Sequence record: OP310983.1
DNA: 64,000 nucleotides
Reading direction: 5' to 3' (one strand)
Of this stretch, positions 19,013 through 27,715 are shown in pieces (within the stretch, counting starts at the first letter, position 1; each line of letters begins with the position of its first letter). The translations under genes and the position numbers were made by a program. The notes beneath the pieces were generated by a model. The model saw nothing but the letters and a program-made list of their open reading frames with translations. It made no database searches and had not been told where the DNA came from.

Positions 19013-19114
19013 ATAAATTAGTAACACTTATTGGCGACATACACCCTCCCTTCGGGGAGGGCTTTATTTTCAATATAGACATATTTTTTTTAATACATTA
19101 GTTGGAGTTTAAAA

Positions 19115-19447
19115 ATGTTTAATAAAAATTTTATCAATGGTATTCAAATTTTTGTTGCCGCAACTACTGTTGCTACAACTATTGTTAAGTTAGTCGAATC
19201 ATACAACAAATTAAATGAAGAAAAATCGGCTAACGATGTATGTAAGAAAATCCATATGGAAATCCATAAATTAACTAGCCTGTTTATCGAACAAGATATA
19301 CCTAATGAAGAACGCTGTGTTAGGTTACGTAAAACTGTTGATACATTAGTTAATAAACACTGCTCTAAATTAACTGGCCGGCGGCGACTCAGGGCTGTTG
19401 CAGAAATCACTCGACATGTAGATGACTATTGTCGTCTGTGGAAATGA
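19115..19447 (+). CDS. early protein with N-terminal hydrophobic helix
   Basis: 110 aa, GGAG RBS; probable paralog of 20387-20779. Confidence 0.8.
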   Translation: MFNKNFINGIQIFVAATTVATTIVKLVESYNKLNEEKSANDVCKKIHMEIHKLTSLFIEQDIPNEERCVRLRKTVDTLVNKHCSKLTGRRRLRAVAEITRHVDDYCRLWK

Positions 19448-19475
19448 AATAATACATTCAAACCATTTTAACCAG

Positions 19476-19483
19476 TATATCAC
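19476..19483 (+). promoter_or_regulatory. early promoter variant (TATATCAC)
   Basis: Same upstream context CATTCAAACCATTTTAA as the copy at 17953. Confidence 0.65.
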
Positions 19484-19528
19484 AACAGTGTAATTAAACC
19501 TATTAAATCAGTAAAAAGGAATCAAACT

Positions 19529-19789
19529 ATGACAACTTTCCTGACTTTTAAATCTGACGAAGACTTGGAGAAAGAAGCAATCCGTCGTGCACGTGCTATC
19601 ATGGGTTTCCGTGGTGACCGTGATGCAGCTACTCGTCAGGTATGCATCAATCCTGTACGAGGTAAGGATTACCGTAACTGGTTATCCCATAGCGCTACCT
19701 GGAAAGATGGTAACATTGTTGTTGATGAAGATAGTCTCATTGAGCTAGCCCGTGCCATCATTGATGAGACCTACCTGCACGATATGTAA
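19529..19789 (+). CDS. early hypothetical protein
   Basis: 86 aa, AAAGGA RBS. Confidence 0.8.
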   Translation: MTTFLTFKSDEDLEKEAIRRARAIMGFRGDRDAATRQVCINPVRGKDYRNWLSHSATWKDGNIVVDEDSLIELARAIIDETYLHDM

Positions 19790-19816
19790 TAACTACTACT
19801 CCCTTATTCAAACATA

Positions 19817-19869
19817 TTTAAACAGTATATTACTAACTTGATATTTAACCTTCAATTAATGTAAAAAGG
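19817..19869 (+). repeat. 53-bp perfect direct repeat containing early promoter and RBS (copy 2)
   Basis: Identical to 17965-18017. Confidence 0.9.
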
Positions 19870-19879
19870 GACTTTAAAA

Positions 19880-20029
19880 ATGAAAGCATTCGCACTAGTG
19901 GTTATTGGTTTGACTTTTGGTGGACTGTTTGTAAACGCTAAGTTTGAAGAGCAAACTATTTCTAATGAAACTGTTATCCTCGGTCATCGTATCGGTCCCA
20001 ATGGTCAAGAAATGCTCGTAACTAAATAG
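19880..20029 (+). CDS. small membrane or secreted protein (49 aa, not in ORF track)
   Basis: MKAFALVVIGLTFGGLFVNAKFEEQTISNETVILGHRIGPNGQEMLVTK, directly behind the repeated promoter/RBS. Confidence 0.7.
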   Translation: MKAFALVVIGLTFGGLFVNAKFEEQTISNETVILGHRIGPNGQEMLVTK

Positions 20030-20039
20030 AGAAATAAAA

Positions 20040-20381
20040 ATGGAAAAGTCCGTAGCAGTTAAAGTAATCGACAACATGTGCCGTCCGAATATCGTTGCTC
20101 GCATGAATGGTAAACTGGTCTACCATGCTCGTAATGTAAAAATAGTAGAAGGTAAGGATCTATGGCCGAACCGCACTGACGTAGATGATGTTCGTGTACT
20201 GGTCGGTGAAGCCTTCCGTAACGGTGAATGGGTACCCATGCGCAGTTCTAGCCTGGTTAACGTAGATGCTGTTACCGGTGTATACGAAACCCTCAACTCT
20301 GTTTACATTGCTCCGGATCTTCTGGGAAGTCTCTCGGTGGGTCCTGATATCTTCAATGATGATGCAACTTTGAAAGGATAA
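20040..20381 (+). CDS. early hypothetical protein
   Basis: 113 aa; RSSSLV...VYETLNSVY resembles the common phage RTS..ETxNSxY motif. Confidence 0.8.
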   Translation: MEKSVAVKVIDNMCRPNIVARMNGKLVYHARNVKIVEGKDLWPNRTDVDDVRVLVGEAFRNGEWVPMRSSSLVNVDAVTGVYETLNSVYIAPDLLGSLSVGPDIFNDDATLKG

Positions 20382-20386
20382 TCAAT

Positions 20387-20779
20387 ATGAACTTCATCAA
20401 AGAAAACGCACTTGGTCTTATTGCACTGGCAGTTGGCGCAACAGCCGTTGCTGCCATCCTCGCGGTCAAAGCTACCGTAAAGGAAGACGGTCAGGCTGTA
20501 GCCGAACAGATCGAAAGCAGTATCTCTGATATTCTTATCGATAAGATCTCCACCTACCGCAACAGCGAACAACATCGCAAGCTGGTAAGTCGTATTCGTC
20601 GTGATCGAAATATCACAACGGAAGAGTTCATCAGCCGTATCCAGTTGGATATCGCCATGAACGTCCTGCCGGAAGTAGAAGTACTTCTGGAATCGCATCG
20701 TGACCAGGTAACCGAAGAAGAATTCGAACGCCTGGTAGCCAACCTTCAACACTTCGTACAACGGATCATTGCCAAATGA
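20387..20779 (+). CDS. membrane-anchored early protein
   Basis: 130 aa, N-terminal TM segment LGLIALAVGATAVAAILAV. Confidence 0.85.
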   Translation: MNFIKENALGLIALAVGATAVAAILAVKATVKEDGQAVAEQIESSISDILIDKISTYRNSEQHRKLVSRIRRDRNITTEEFISRIQLDIAMNVLPEVEVLLESHRDQVTEEEFERLVANLQHFVQRIIAK

Positions 20780-20952
20780 AAGTAAAGATCGGAATGGGAT
20801 TCATTGCAGTACTGATGGGTATCGCTGCCGCAGGTGGTGAGTTCTATTACGATCTCACTAAACCTGAGGGCAAGGTATCTAAAGAGTGGTGCCAACACCC
20901 GGCTAAGCCGAAATGTACCATGTATGCATTCAACGTCAAAGAGGACAAGTAA
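20776..20952 (+). CDS. small membrane-anchored protein (58 aa, not in ORF track)
   Basis: MKVKIGMGFIAVLMGIAAAGGEFYYDLTKPEGKVSKEWCQHPAKPKCTMYAFNVKEDK; ATGA overlap upstream, abuts the next ATG. Confidence 0.7.
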   Translation: MKVKIGMGFIAVLMGIAAAGGEFYYDLTKPEGKVSKEWCQHPAKPKCTMYAFNVKEDK

Positions 20953-21555
20953 ATGGAACAGCGTCTCCTGAAAGCTTTCAAGAACATAGATCCCGTGTTC
21001 ACGCAGAAACAGCACAACGAGTTGATCGATCGACGCGGTGCCGACATGGGTTTGACTGTCAAGGTCGACGCCATGCTACTGTTGATCAAGAACGACCCGG
21101 TCAAGTACAAAGACCTGGAAACCAAGATCATCGAAGACGCCATCGCCTTCATAAAAGGTGAGCGTTCCTCCGATATCGCCCTGGGCCTGTTCAACAAGAT
21201 GGTTTATCAGGACAACGGTCCCGATGCCGTCGGCCTGCTGGAATACGCCAAGGTTTCCGAGTACAAGAACATCCACGTGGATGAGTCCTGTGCTTGGGTC
21301 AACGTCTACCGTGGCAAGCTGAAGACCTTCATGGTTACATTCATCTCCCAATGTGCCGGTAACGCTCTGGTACGTTCGGAACTGAAGACTCTTCAACATC
21401 AGCGTTACAATATCGCTAAGCAGAACTTCCGCGACATGAACAAACCTGTGCCTGAAGGTACTGTGAAAGAACTGGCCAAAATGTACGGTAAATCCATCTC
21501 GGAAATCCGTCGCATGAAAGCCGAAGGTCGTCTTGGGGAACTGACCCAAGAATAA
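20953..21555 (+). CDS. early protein with C-terminal HTH-like motif
   Basis: 200 aa; GTVKELAKMYGKSISEIRRMKAEGRL. Confidence 0.8.
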   Translation: MEQRLLKAFKNIDPVFTQKQHNELIDRRGADMGLTVKVDAMLLLIKNDPVKYKDLETKIIEDAIAFIKGERSSDIALGLFNKMVYQDNGPDAVGLLEYAKVSEYKNIHVDESCAWVNVYRGKLKTFMVTFISQCAGNALVRSELKTLQHQRYNIAKQNFRDMNKPVPEGTVKELAKMYGKSISEIRRMKAEGRLGELTQE

Positions 21556-21558
21556 TAG

Positions 21559-21583
21559 ATGGGTCTCTTCGGAGACCCCATCT
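21559..21583 (+). terminator. hairpin with UUCG loop
   Basis: GATGGGTCTC-TTCG-GAGACCCCATC. Confidence 0.65.
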
Positions 21584-21649
21584 CAATGCGTCTTGAAAAG
21601 GATGCATTGAGATGTACTCAACCCAATCAATCGTAAAAAGGAAATTACC

Positions 21650-22762
21650 ATGAAACAGTATCGTGAACCCGTAACCCGTCTGACCAAAGAAAAACTGGAA
21701 TGGGTTATCAGCCGTCGTAAAGAAAGAAAGGCCGAACAACCTTTCGGTCGTGCCCATTTCCCTGCCGGTACTCGTGCTATCTTCGAATCCTGCTCCCTTC
21801 GTTACCTGGATGAGAATGAACGTGTGTATCCTGGACAGCGCTACGAGACATTCGAAGCTACTGTTCTCGGCGTTGTGGCCAATGGTCATAACAGTTATGT
21901 CGCTATTCTGGACATGCCCTGTGATCTTACTGAAAGCCGTAACAAGGCAATCAACGTCAGTTGGTGCCGTGGTATTGTATCGCGCGGTGAAGGTAATTTC
22001 ACCTGGTTCAAAGAAGAGTCAACCGAGTATGATCGCAATCATGGTTGGAACATCCGTGAGAAACATCCGACTGTTCGTTGGGCAGAAGGTCCTCGTCCTA
22101 CTAAAGTACGTAGCCTTACCTGGGCAGAGGAATTCGATTATAACCGCGCAGTAGATCCGGTATACATCGAAATCAACAAACATCACAGTCAGTACTATAT
22201 CACTGACATGCGTTCGTTTGTGATGTTCACTCTTCGGGAACATCCTGCTTATGCAAACTCGTTTAAAGATCATCTGCACAAACTGGACAAGCTAGTCATG
22301 GCGCTGTACTCCGATCCGACTATCAAAGCAGCTGAAGTAAAGCTGTCTCGCTACTCTGTTAGCTGGTTGATCAGCAAGAAGAAGTTCCATAAAGTCCTGC
22401 AACGCCTGCTTCCGTTCTACAAGACTTCTCGTCGTAAGGCGCAAGAAGAAGACGATAAAGCAATTAGCGAGATGTATGAGGCTGAACTGGACCGTGACCT
22501 CAGTGAACAGTATGGTGAGTCTGATGATACCTCGGATGAATCAAGCTATTCATGGAATGACAGCACGCCCCTGGATGATGATGATCTGAATGTGTTTGAT
22601 ATGTACGACGACTCGGCATGCTCGCGTGAAATCAGTGATGATGTTCAACCCAAAACTATTGGTGAACTCCTGCGTGAAGCAATGGGGAACCCTGAAGAAG
22701 AGAAATCCAAATTAGTTATTGGAAGTATGGAAACTCTTTCTAAAGCGGTTATCATCAAATAG
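21650..22762 (+). CDS. early protein, probable phiKZ gp14 (ribosome-binding factor) homolog
   Basis: 370 aa, basic N-terminus and acidic C-terminal tail; the gene count from DHFR (gp4) fits gp14; function by synteny and size only. Confidence 0.55.
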   Translation: MKQYREPVTRLTKEKLEWVISRRKERKAEQPFGRAHFPAGTRAIFESCSLRYLDENERVYPGQRYETFEATVLGVVANGHNSYVAILDMPCDLTESRNKAINVSWCRGIVSRGEGNFTWFKEESTEYDRNHGWNIREKHPTVRWAEGPRPTKVRSLTWAEEFDYNRAVDPVYIEINKHHSQYYITDMRSFVMFTLREHPAYANSFKDHLHKLDKLVMALYSDPTIKAAEVKLSRYSVSWLISKKKFHKVLQRLLPFYKTSRRKAQEEDDKAISEMYEAELDRDLSEQYGESDDTSDESSYSWNDSTPLDDDDLNVFDMYDDSACSREISDDVQPKTIGELLREAMGNPEEEKSKLVIGSMETLSKAVIIK

Positions 22763-22866
22763 ATTACACGCAATAATGGGAGTCTTCGGACTCCCTTTTA
22801 TTTTCTACATCGTAATATTTTTTTATTTAGCAATATATTCATAAACTGTAAAAAGGAAGATATCTC

Positions 22867-23868
22867 ATGATCATCAATGCAACCATCACTCGCGCAATGT
22901 TGAGTGCTCAAACTACAGAATCATCGCTTCTGTTTATTCTGACACACCTACATGGCAGTCCAGATGCTACTTCGTCGGATATGAACGACACCAAGCGCAT
23001 TCTCGCCTCTAACGATCCTCTAAGTACCCTGTGGCAATGTGGTTGCCATTTGGTCGTATCGGAAGACGAACGCTGGTTCATTTCTCCATTCGGTGATACT
23101 GTACGCCTGGCATACCAGCACAAAGTACGTGGTAGCTGGATTACTTTCGGCATAGACCTGTTCGATCCGGAAGAATCCGAATCGGTACTATTGGCTATCC
23201 GTAGGCGGCTCCGCACCGGTTTCCCAGCAGATGAACTTGAAGTTAACTGTGGTATCAAAGGTTACCTCGAAGAAAGTTACGAGGTCAACGGGACCGGTTT
23301 GTGGAGCGTAGGTCGGATCATTCTGGCTCTGCATCCCACCAGCCCTTTCCGTTTTGCTGCTCTGGAACGTTTGTACGAGATTGCTAAGTTCCATAAGAAC
23401 TACGCTGACATCGTGGATAATGTCGGGATCAATCATGATCGTAATTACCTGAATAACATCGTTGATGGAAAATGGGTGGTCGAAGAGAAAGATGCTCAAG
23501 CTGTATTGAACAGCTACTTCACTTCGATGCTGAAGTTATTCTTCGACCGTGGTTTCTACTATCAGGATACTATCGATGGCGGCAGGATCGATGTTCGTAG
23601 CAATGAAGGATCGTACTACCTCATTGGTGGTAATGCCACTGTAAATACCATCAATATCACTTACCTCAGTGCTAACAAAATAGAGATTCGTGATGGTGAA
23701 TGGGAGTTCGCTTGGGACTGCAACAACACTGAATACTTCTTCGCTGAACATCCAGTAGATGCACTGCTTGCATATCACAAGCGTGTTGATCAGGAACATT
23801 CTTACAAAGCCACTGGTCTTGGTCATAGCCTGGAAGACATCCACAAGGTTCAACATATTCTAAAATGA
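22867..23868 (+). CDS. early hypothetical protein
   Basis: 333 aa, AAAGGA RBS. Confidence 0.85.
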   Translation: MIINATITRAMLSAQTTESSLLFILTHLHGSPDATSSDMNDTKRILASNDPLSTLWQCGCHLVVSEDERWFISPFGDTVRLAYQHKVRGSWITFGIDLFDPEESESVLLAIRRRLRTGFPADELEVNCGIKGYLEESYEVNGTGLWSVGRIILALHPTSPFRFAALERLYEIAKFHKNYADIVDNVGINHDRNYLNNIVDGKWVVEEKDAQAVLNSYFTSMLKLFFDRGFYYQDTIDGGRIDVRSNEGSYYLIGGNATVNTINITYLSANKIEIRDGEWEFAWDCNNTEYFFAEHPVDALLAYHKRVDQEHSYKATGLGHSLEDIHKVQHILK

Positions 23869-23880
23869 GGAAGATTAATT

Positions 23881-24360
23881 ATGTCGTATAACCTAGGCAT
23901 TGTCACTCGCAATAAGTCGGCACTGATTGTCACCAATGATTACAAATATGATGAGTTCGTTCTACTAAAACCGACCAGTGGTCTCAAGGTAGAAGGTCAG
24001 TTGGTGCAATTGGTCTGTATCTGTTTCGGTGACAAGGAAAAGCGTTCTCTGACTCACAAGATCATGACCAATGCTGAACAAGCAGATTACACCAAGGAAG
24101 ACATCCTGGCTATGATGAAGGAACACGGTGTAGAACTTCGAGTGATCACTGATAAGGCAGTTCATGTATTTCAGTACATTCGTGATGTGGCTATCCATGG
24201 TGTGGTTGATTCCAATAACACCACCTTCTGGTTCGGCGACACGGAACACCGAAAATTGTTTTATCCGTATTGCGGTATTGAAGGTAAATCTTTTCATCAT
24301 GCCCATCGTGATAAAGAATTGTGTCGGGTATTTGAGTTTGTCGCTGTAATCAATTGGTAA
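23881..24360 (+). CDS. early hypothetical protein
   Basis: 159 aa, GAGGA RBS; terminator at about 24370-24390. Confidence 0.85.
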   Translation: MSYNLGIVTRNKSALIVTNDYKYDEFVLLKPTSGLKVEGQLVQLVCICFGDKEKRSLTHKIMTNAEQADYTKEDILAMMKEHGVELRVITDKAVHVFQYIRDVAIHGVVDSNNTTFWFGDTEHRKLFYPYCGIEGKSFHHAHRDKELCRVFEFVAVINW

Positions 24361-24416
24361 CGATATAAATACCCTCCTTCGGGAGGGTATTTATTTTGTG
24401 ATTAGAGGAATAAAAA

Positions 24417-24560
24417 ATGGTAGGTTATCGTATTATTGCTTTTAATGGTACTCAGTGGGAATCTCCGAGTGGGTACACCATTCAGCAAGCGGTGAATGAG
24501 TTCCTAAAGAAATATGATTTACATGAATTAGATATTCGCAGTATTACCGCATTACACTAA
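24417..24560 (+). CDS. small hypothetical protein (47 aa, not in ORF track)
   Basis: MVGYRIIAFNGTQWESPSGYTIQQAVNEFLKKYDLHELDIRSITALH; GAGGA RBS. Confidence 0.65.
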   Translation: MVGYRIIAFNGTQWESPSGYTIQQAVNEFLKKYDLHELDIRSITALH

Positions 24561-24588
24561 ATCCAATTTTAAATAGGAATACGTATTA

Positions 24589-24981
24589 ATGAATTATAAT
24601 GCAGAGAAATATGCCGCACTGCTAGTTTCAATTGCAGCAAACATTGACACTGTAAATAAACTCACCAAAGAAATTTTATCGTCTTCTGATAATAGGGATT
24701 TTCTCTATAATGTGCATCAAATGACTGACATGTCCCTCGCCAGTCTTCATACGCATCTAACTAAAGAAGTCGAAAAGTTGGTAGAAACAATGGATCTAGT
24801 TAAAGATGGTCTATATGTCCAGGATGTTGAACTCATTAAGGGTAAGGGAAACTGGCGACATATCGCGGATAATGAACCTACCATCAACGCTATTAAAGCA
24901 CTGCGTAAACACATTGGCGAAATCAGTGCATTAGAAGCTAGAACTGTTGTTAAAGGTTACAAGGCAGGTGTCTTAAAATAA
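24589..24981 (+). CDS. protein with ribosomal bL12 (L7/L12) C-terminal-like motif
   Basis: TINAIKALRKHIGEISALEARTVVKG resembles bL12 KI.VIKAVR..TGLGLKEAK.LVE. Confidence 0.6.
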   Translation: MNYNAEKYAALLVSIAANIDTVNKLTKEILSSSDNRDFLYNVHQMTDMSLASLHTHLTKEVEKLVETMDLVKDGLYVQDVELIKGKGNWRHIADNEPTINAIKALRKHIGEISALEARTVVKGYKAGVLK

Positions 24982-25043
24982 CATCGAATAGTATTAAGTC
25001 TATCTTCTAGGAGGTATACTTAATAAATCATGAGGAAAATATA

Positions 25044-25373
25044 ATGTCCAATATGAAAAAATCTAGTTTGAAAGAATTCTTCGAACATATCACTCAGGCT
25101 GATCCATTTAATCCTTATTCCTTCATCTACTCCAGACCTATGCAATACGCTGGTGAAGATAGCGAGTACGCACTACATGTTACGTATGTGCATGGTGCAG
25201 CTTACATTGAAGGTCTTGTTGGCCATGAAGGAATCAGAATCAATGTATTCTACAATAAACTCCAAGGTATTCAACTTTGGACATACTTTGATAACGAACC
25301 TCGTGTTGATTCATGGCCGTATTATCAAGTTGATGCAGCTTTAGAAGAAATCATCCGCCTAACTAAACTATAA
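25044..25373 (+). CDS. hypothetical protein
   Basis: 109 aa, GAGGA RBS. Confidence 0.8.
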   Translation: MSNMKKSSLKEFFEHITQADPFNPYSFIYSRPMQYAGEDSEYALHVTYVHGAAYIEGLVGHEGIRINVFYNKLQGIQLWTYFDNEPRVDSWPYYQVDAALEEIIRLTKL

Positions 25374-25393
25374 ACTCTATTTATAAAAAATAG

Positions 25394-25612
25394 GTGAAGA
25401 AAATGATCTATCTGGGATGGTTTACCATTATCTTTGTTACAATGAGTCTATGTCTGTTTTATGTATTTTGTCACCGTAGTATTCGTGAATCACACCCAGG
25501 TGTAATAGAAAAACAGACTACTCGAAAAATTGTTATTTGGGCTGGTATTCTATTGGCACTCGCTTACTTAAATGAAATCAGCCGAGTCTATATAGAGCAG
25601 ATGGTAACCTAA
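25394..25612 (+). CDS. small 2-TM membrane protein, paralog A
   Basis: MIYLGWFTIIFV...FCHR...GILL.LAYLNEISRV shared with 26996-27205. Confidence 0.8.
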   Translation: MKKMIYLGWFTIIFVTMSLCLFYVFCHRSIRESHPGVIEKQTTRKIVIWAGILLALAYLNEISRVYIEQMVT

Positions 25613-25669
25613 ATATTCAATAACTCCGAAATAATCAAAACTATTTAATATATCAAAAGGAATATTTCA

Positions 25670-26040
25670 ATGTTCGAAACCCAAGTCGCTCTTACTGATG
25701 AACTCTAACAAGCTACGAGGGATACTGACTGACCTCGGTATACTCCCACCTCGCTTTGTTGAGAGCACCGATATCCGTGTCGGCAACTTCCGATTTCAGC
25801 GCTGGAAAACCCAGGTCCTCAAACCTGCTGCTCCTGGTTATCGGAAGTGGATTGACGTGGGTAGGTTAGAATGGGTGGAGGTTAAATACCACCTCAACAA
25901 ATTACTTAAAGAGAATAATCTCAATATCCAAGAAGAAAGTAATCGGTCTGGATAACCTCCGGAAGCTCCTGTCAGATCAACTCAACCCGCCACGTCAGTT
26001 AACAGACGCTGTACGCGAGAAAAATCTTCACAGCAAGTAA
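25670..26040 (+). pseudogene. possibly frameshifted gene (12 aa + 85 aa + 56 aa segments in successive +1 frames)
   Basis: The RBS precedes MFETQVALTDEL*; the 85 aa ORF 25698-25955 overlaps it; a further open frame 25870-26040 ends just before the terminator. Confidence 0.4.
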
Positions 26041-26101
26041 CGATATAAGGCCCCTCCCTTCGGGTAGGGATTGTCTATTCATTTCTTAACAGGAAATTCT
26101 A

Positions 26102-26437
26102 ATGGAAGACTTCAAAGAAATCGAGATTTACAGTATGACGTTCATCGACCATTCGGAAAATGCTTCTCGTGTAGTGATTGCACAGATCACTACTTTGGAT
26201 GATCGTACTGTTTACGGGGTAATGGAGGTCAATGGTTTCGGCGGTCAGGCCACTACTAATCTGCGTCGATTCGAACAGAACCGTCAACACGCTCGTTACT
26301 TCTTCACCAAGTCGGTAGCCACTGCTCACGCCGAGGCTTACGTCAAGTACCTGAATGACGACATGGTCGAACAAGACTACCTCGATATGAATACCGGCTA
26401 CAACTACACCGAATTTATGAACATGGTAAATATCTGA
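26102..26437 (+). CDS. early hypothetical protein
   Basis: 111 aa, AGGA RBS, host-like codons. Confidence 0.85.
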   Translation: MEDFKEIEIYSMTFIDHSENASRVVIAQITTLDDRTVYGVMEVNGFGGQATTNLRRFEQNRQHARYFFTKSVATAHAEAYVKYLNDDMVEQDYLDMNTGYNYTEFMNMVNI

Positions 26438-26444
26438 GGTCATC

Positions 26445-26999
26445 ATGGACAAAAAATTGAAGGAATTCCAAGCAGTGACCCCTGGTGTTGATCGTTTCGT
26501 TTACTGTGAGAAGACTGACACCTGGCTTCCGAAGGCTACTCATCCTCTGGATTGTCACCGTAATAAAAACGCGATAACAGCATTCGATAAAGCCAACGAA
26601 GAAATTCAAGAACGTTGGTTCTACTGGTGCATTGCATGGGAGAAAGCTTCTGTTCGCCCTACAATGGAAACCGAACTCTGGAAGAACCCGTTCATCTCTG
26701 TTGAAGAACGACTGGAGATTGCAGAAGGCGCCATCGCGTTCCGTAACGAGGTCATCAGAAATCTCCAGGGGCGTTTAGTTTCGCCAACGATTGCCGAGTT
26801 CAAACTTAACGACGAAATGGTGGAAGCTATCTTGGATAGCAGTTACACTGTAAAAGATTTCGATCGGAACTCGGAAACGGGCGAAGTAGAGCTTCAGTAT
26901 CAGATTTCCAATAACTTCCACAATCGCGAGTTGGCACGTGATACTGTTCACCGTATCATCAATGCCCTCAAACAACTTACCCCGGTGCAACAGCAATGA
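26445..26999 (+). CDS. early hypothetical protein
   Basis: 184 aa, GAGG RBS. Confidence 0.85.
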   Translation: MDKKLKEFQAVTPGVDRFVYCEKTDTWLPKATHPLDCHRNKNAITAFDKANEEIQERWFYWCIAWEKASVRPTMETELWKNPFISVEERLEIAEGAIAFRNEVIRNLQGRLVSPTIAEFKLNDEMVEAILDSSYTVKDFDRNSETGEVELQYQISNNFHNRELARDTVHRIINALKQLTPVQQQ

Positions 27000-27205
27000 T
27001 CTACCTTGGTTGGTTCACCATCATCTTCGTGGCGATGGGTCTTGGTTTATTCGGTGCTTTCTGTCATCGAATAGTTAATTCCACTAATCCTGGATTGGAA
27101 GAGAAGCGTACTACACTGAATATCGCTATCTGGACAGGTATTCTTCTAGTGCTCGCTTATCTCAATGAAATCAGTCGAGTCTTTATTGTAGGAGTAGTTA
27201 CATGA
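26996..27205 (+). CDS. small 2-TM membrane protein, paralog B
   Basis: 69 aa; clear similarity to 25394-25612. Confidence 0.8.
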   Translation: MIYLGWFTIIFVAMGLGLFGAFCHRIVNSTNPGLEEKRTTLNIAIWTGILLVLAYLNEISRVFIVGVVT

Positions 27206-27444
27206 CATTACAAGAGCTGCGTGAACTTCTTTATAAAGAAGCTGGTATGGAATCAATCCATGCTAAAATTAAGCAACGGGCGCTCGCTGGTGATTCAGAG
27301 GTAAACTTCGATTACAGCAACGAGAACACGCCAGTTGAAGGGAAGATGAATAATCGTCAAGCGGAAATCCTCCGTAAAGACGGTTACATTGTTGAATACA
27401 ATAGTGCCTGTCTCTGGTACGAAGTAAAAGGATGGGATGAATAA
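27202..27444 (+). CDS. hypothetical protein
   Basis: 80 aa, AGGAG RBS, ATGA coupling. Confidence 0.8.
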   Translation: MTLQELRELLYKEAGMESIHAKIKQRALAGDSEVNFDYSNENTPVEGKMNNRQAEILRKDGYIVEYNSACLWYEVKGWDE

Positions 27445-27710
27445 TGGGACTCCGTTACATGGGTTATTCCGTTAAAGCAACTGTGACTGACCGTGAAGGC
27501 GAGTCGCATATCTTTGACGGCTTTGCCAAGCCTGGCGAGGGTAATTCGGTTTATCCCGGAGCTAATGGTGAAGGTGATAAGCGTCTTGCAGCTCGCCGCG
27601 CACTGGAAGCCTTCATGGATAGTCCAGTCTTCGAGGAACTAACATCGGATATGTACGATACGTTCGATGTTCGTTTCAATTCTCTTGTGCACACTGGAAT
27701 GCCGGAGTAA
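27444..27710 (+). CDS. hypothetical protein
   Basis: 88 aa, TAATG coupling. Confidence 0.8.
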   Translation: MGLRYMGYSVKATVTDREGESHIFDGFAKPGEGNSVYPGANGEGDKRLAARRALEAFMDSPVFEELTSDMYDTFDVRFNSLVHTGMPE

Positions 27711-27715
27711 TAAAA

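Noticed and set aside
20303-23856. Long antisense ORFs (20303-20761, 20746-21015, 21076-21549, 21416-21889, 22908-23258, 23188-23499, 23536-23856)
   Set aside because: Shadow frames of codon-biased + strand genes; no RBS, and they oppose the promoter/terminator architecture.
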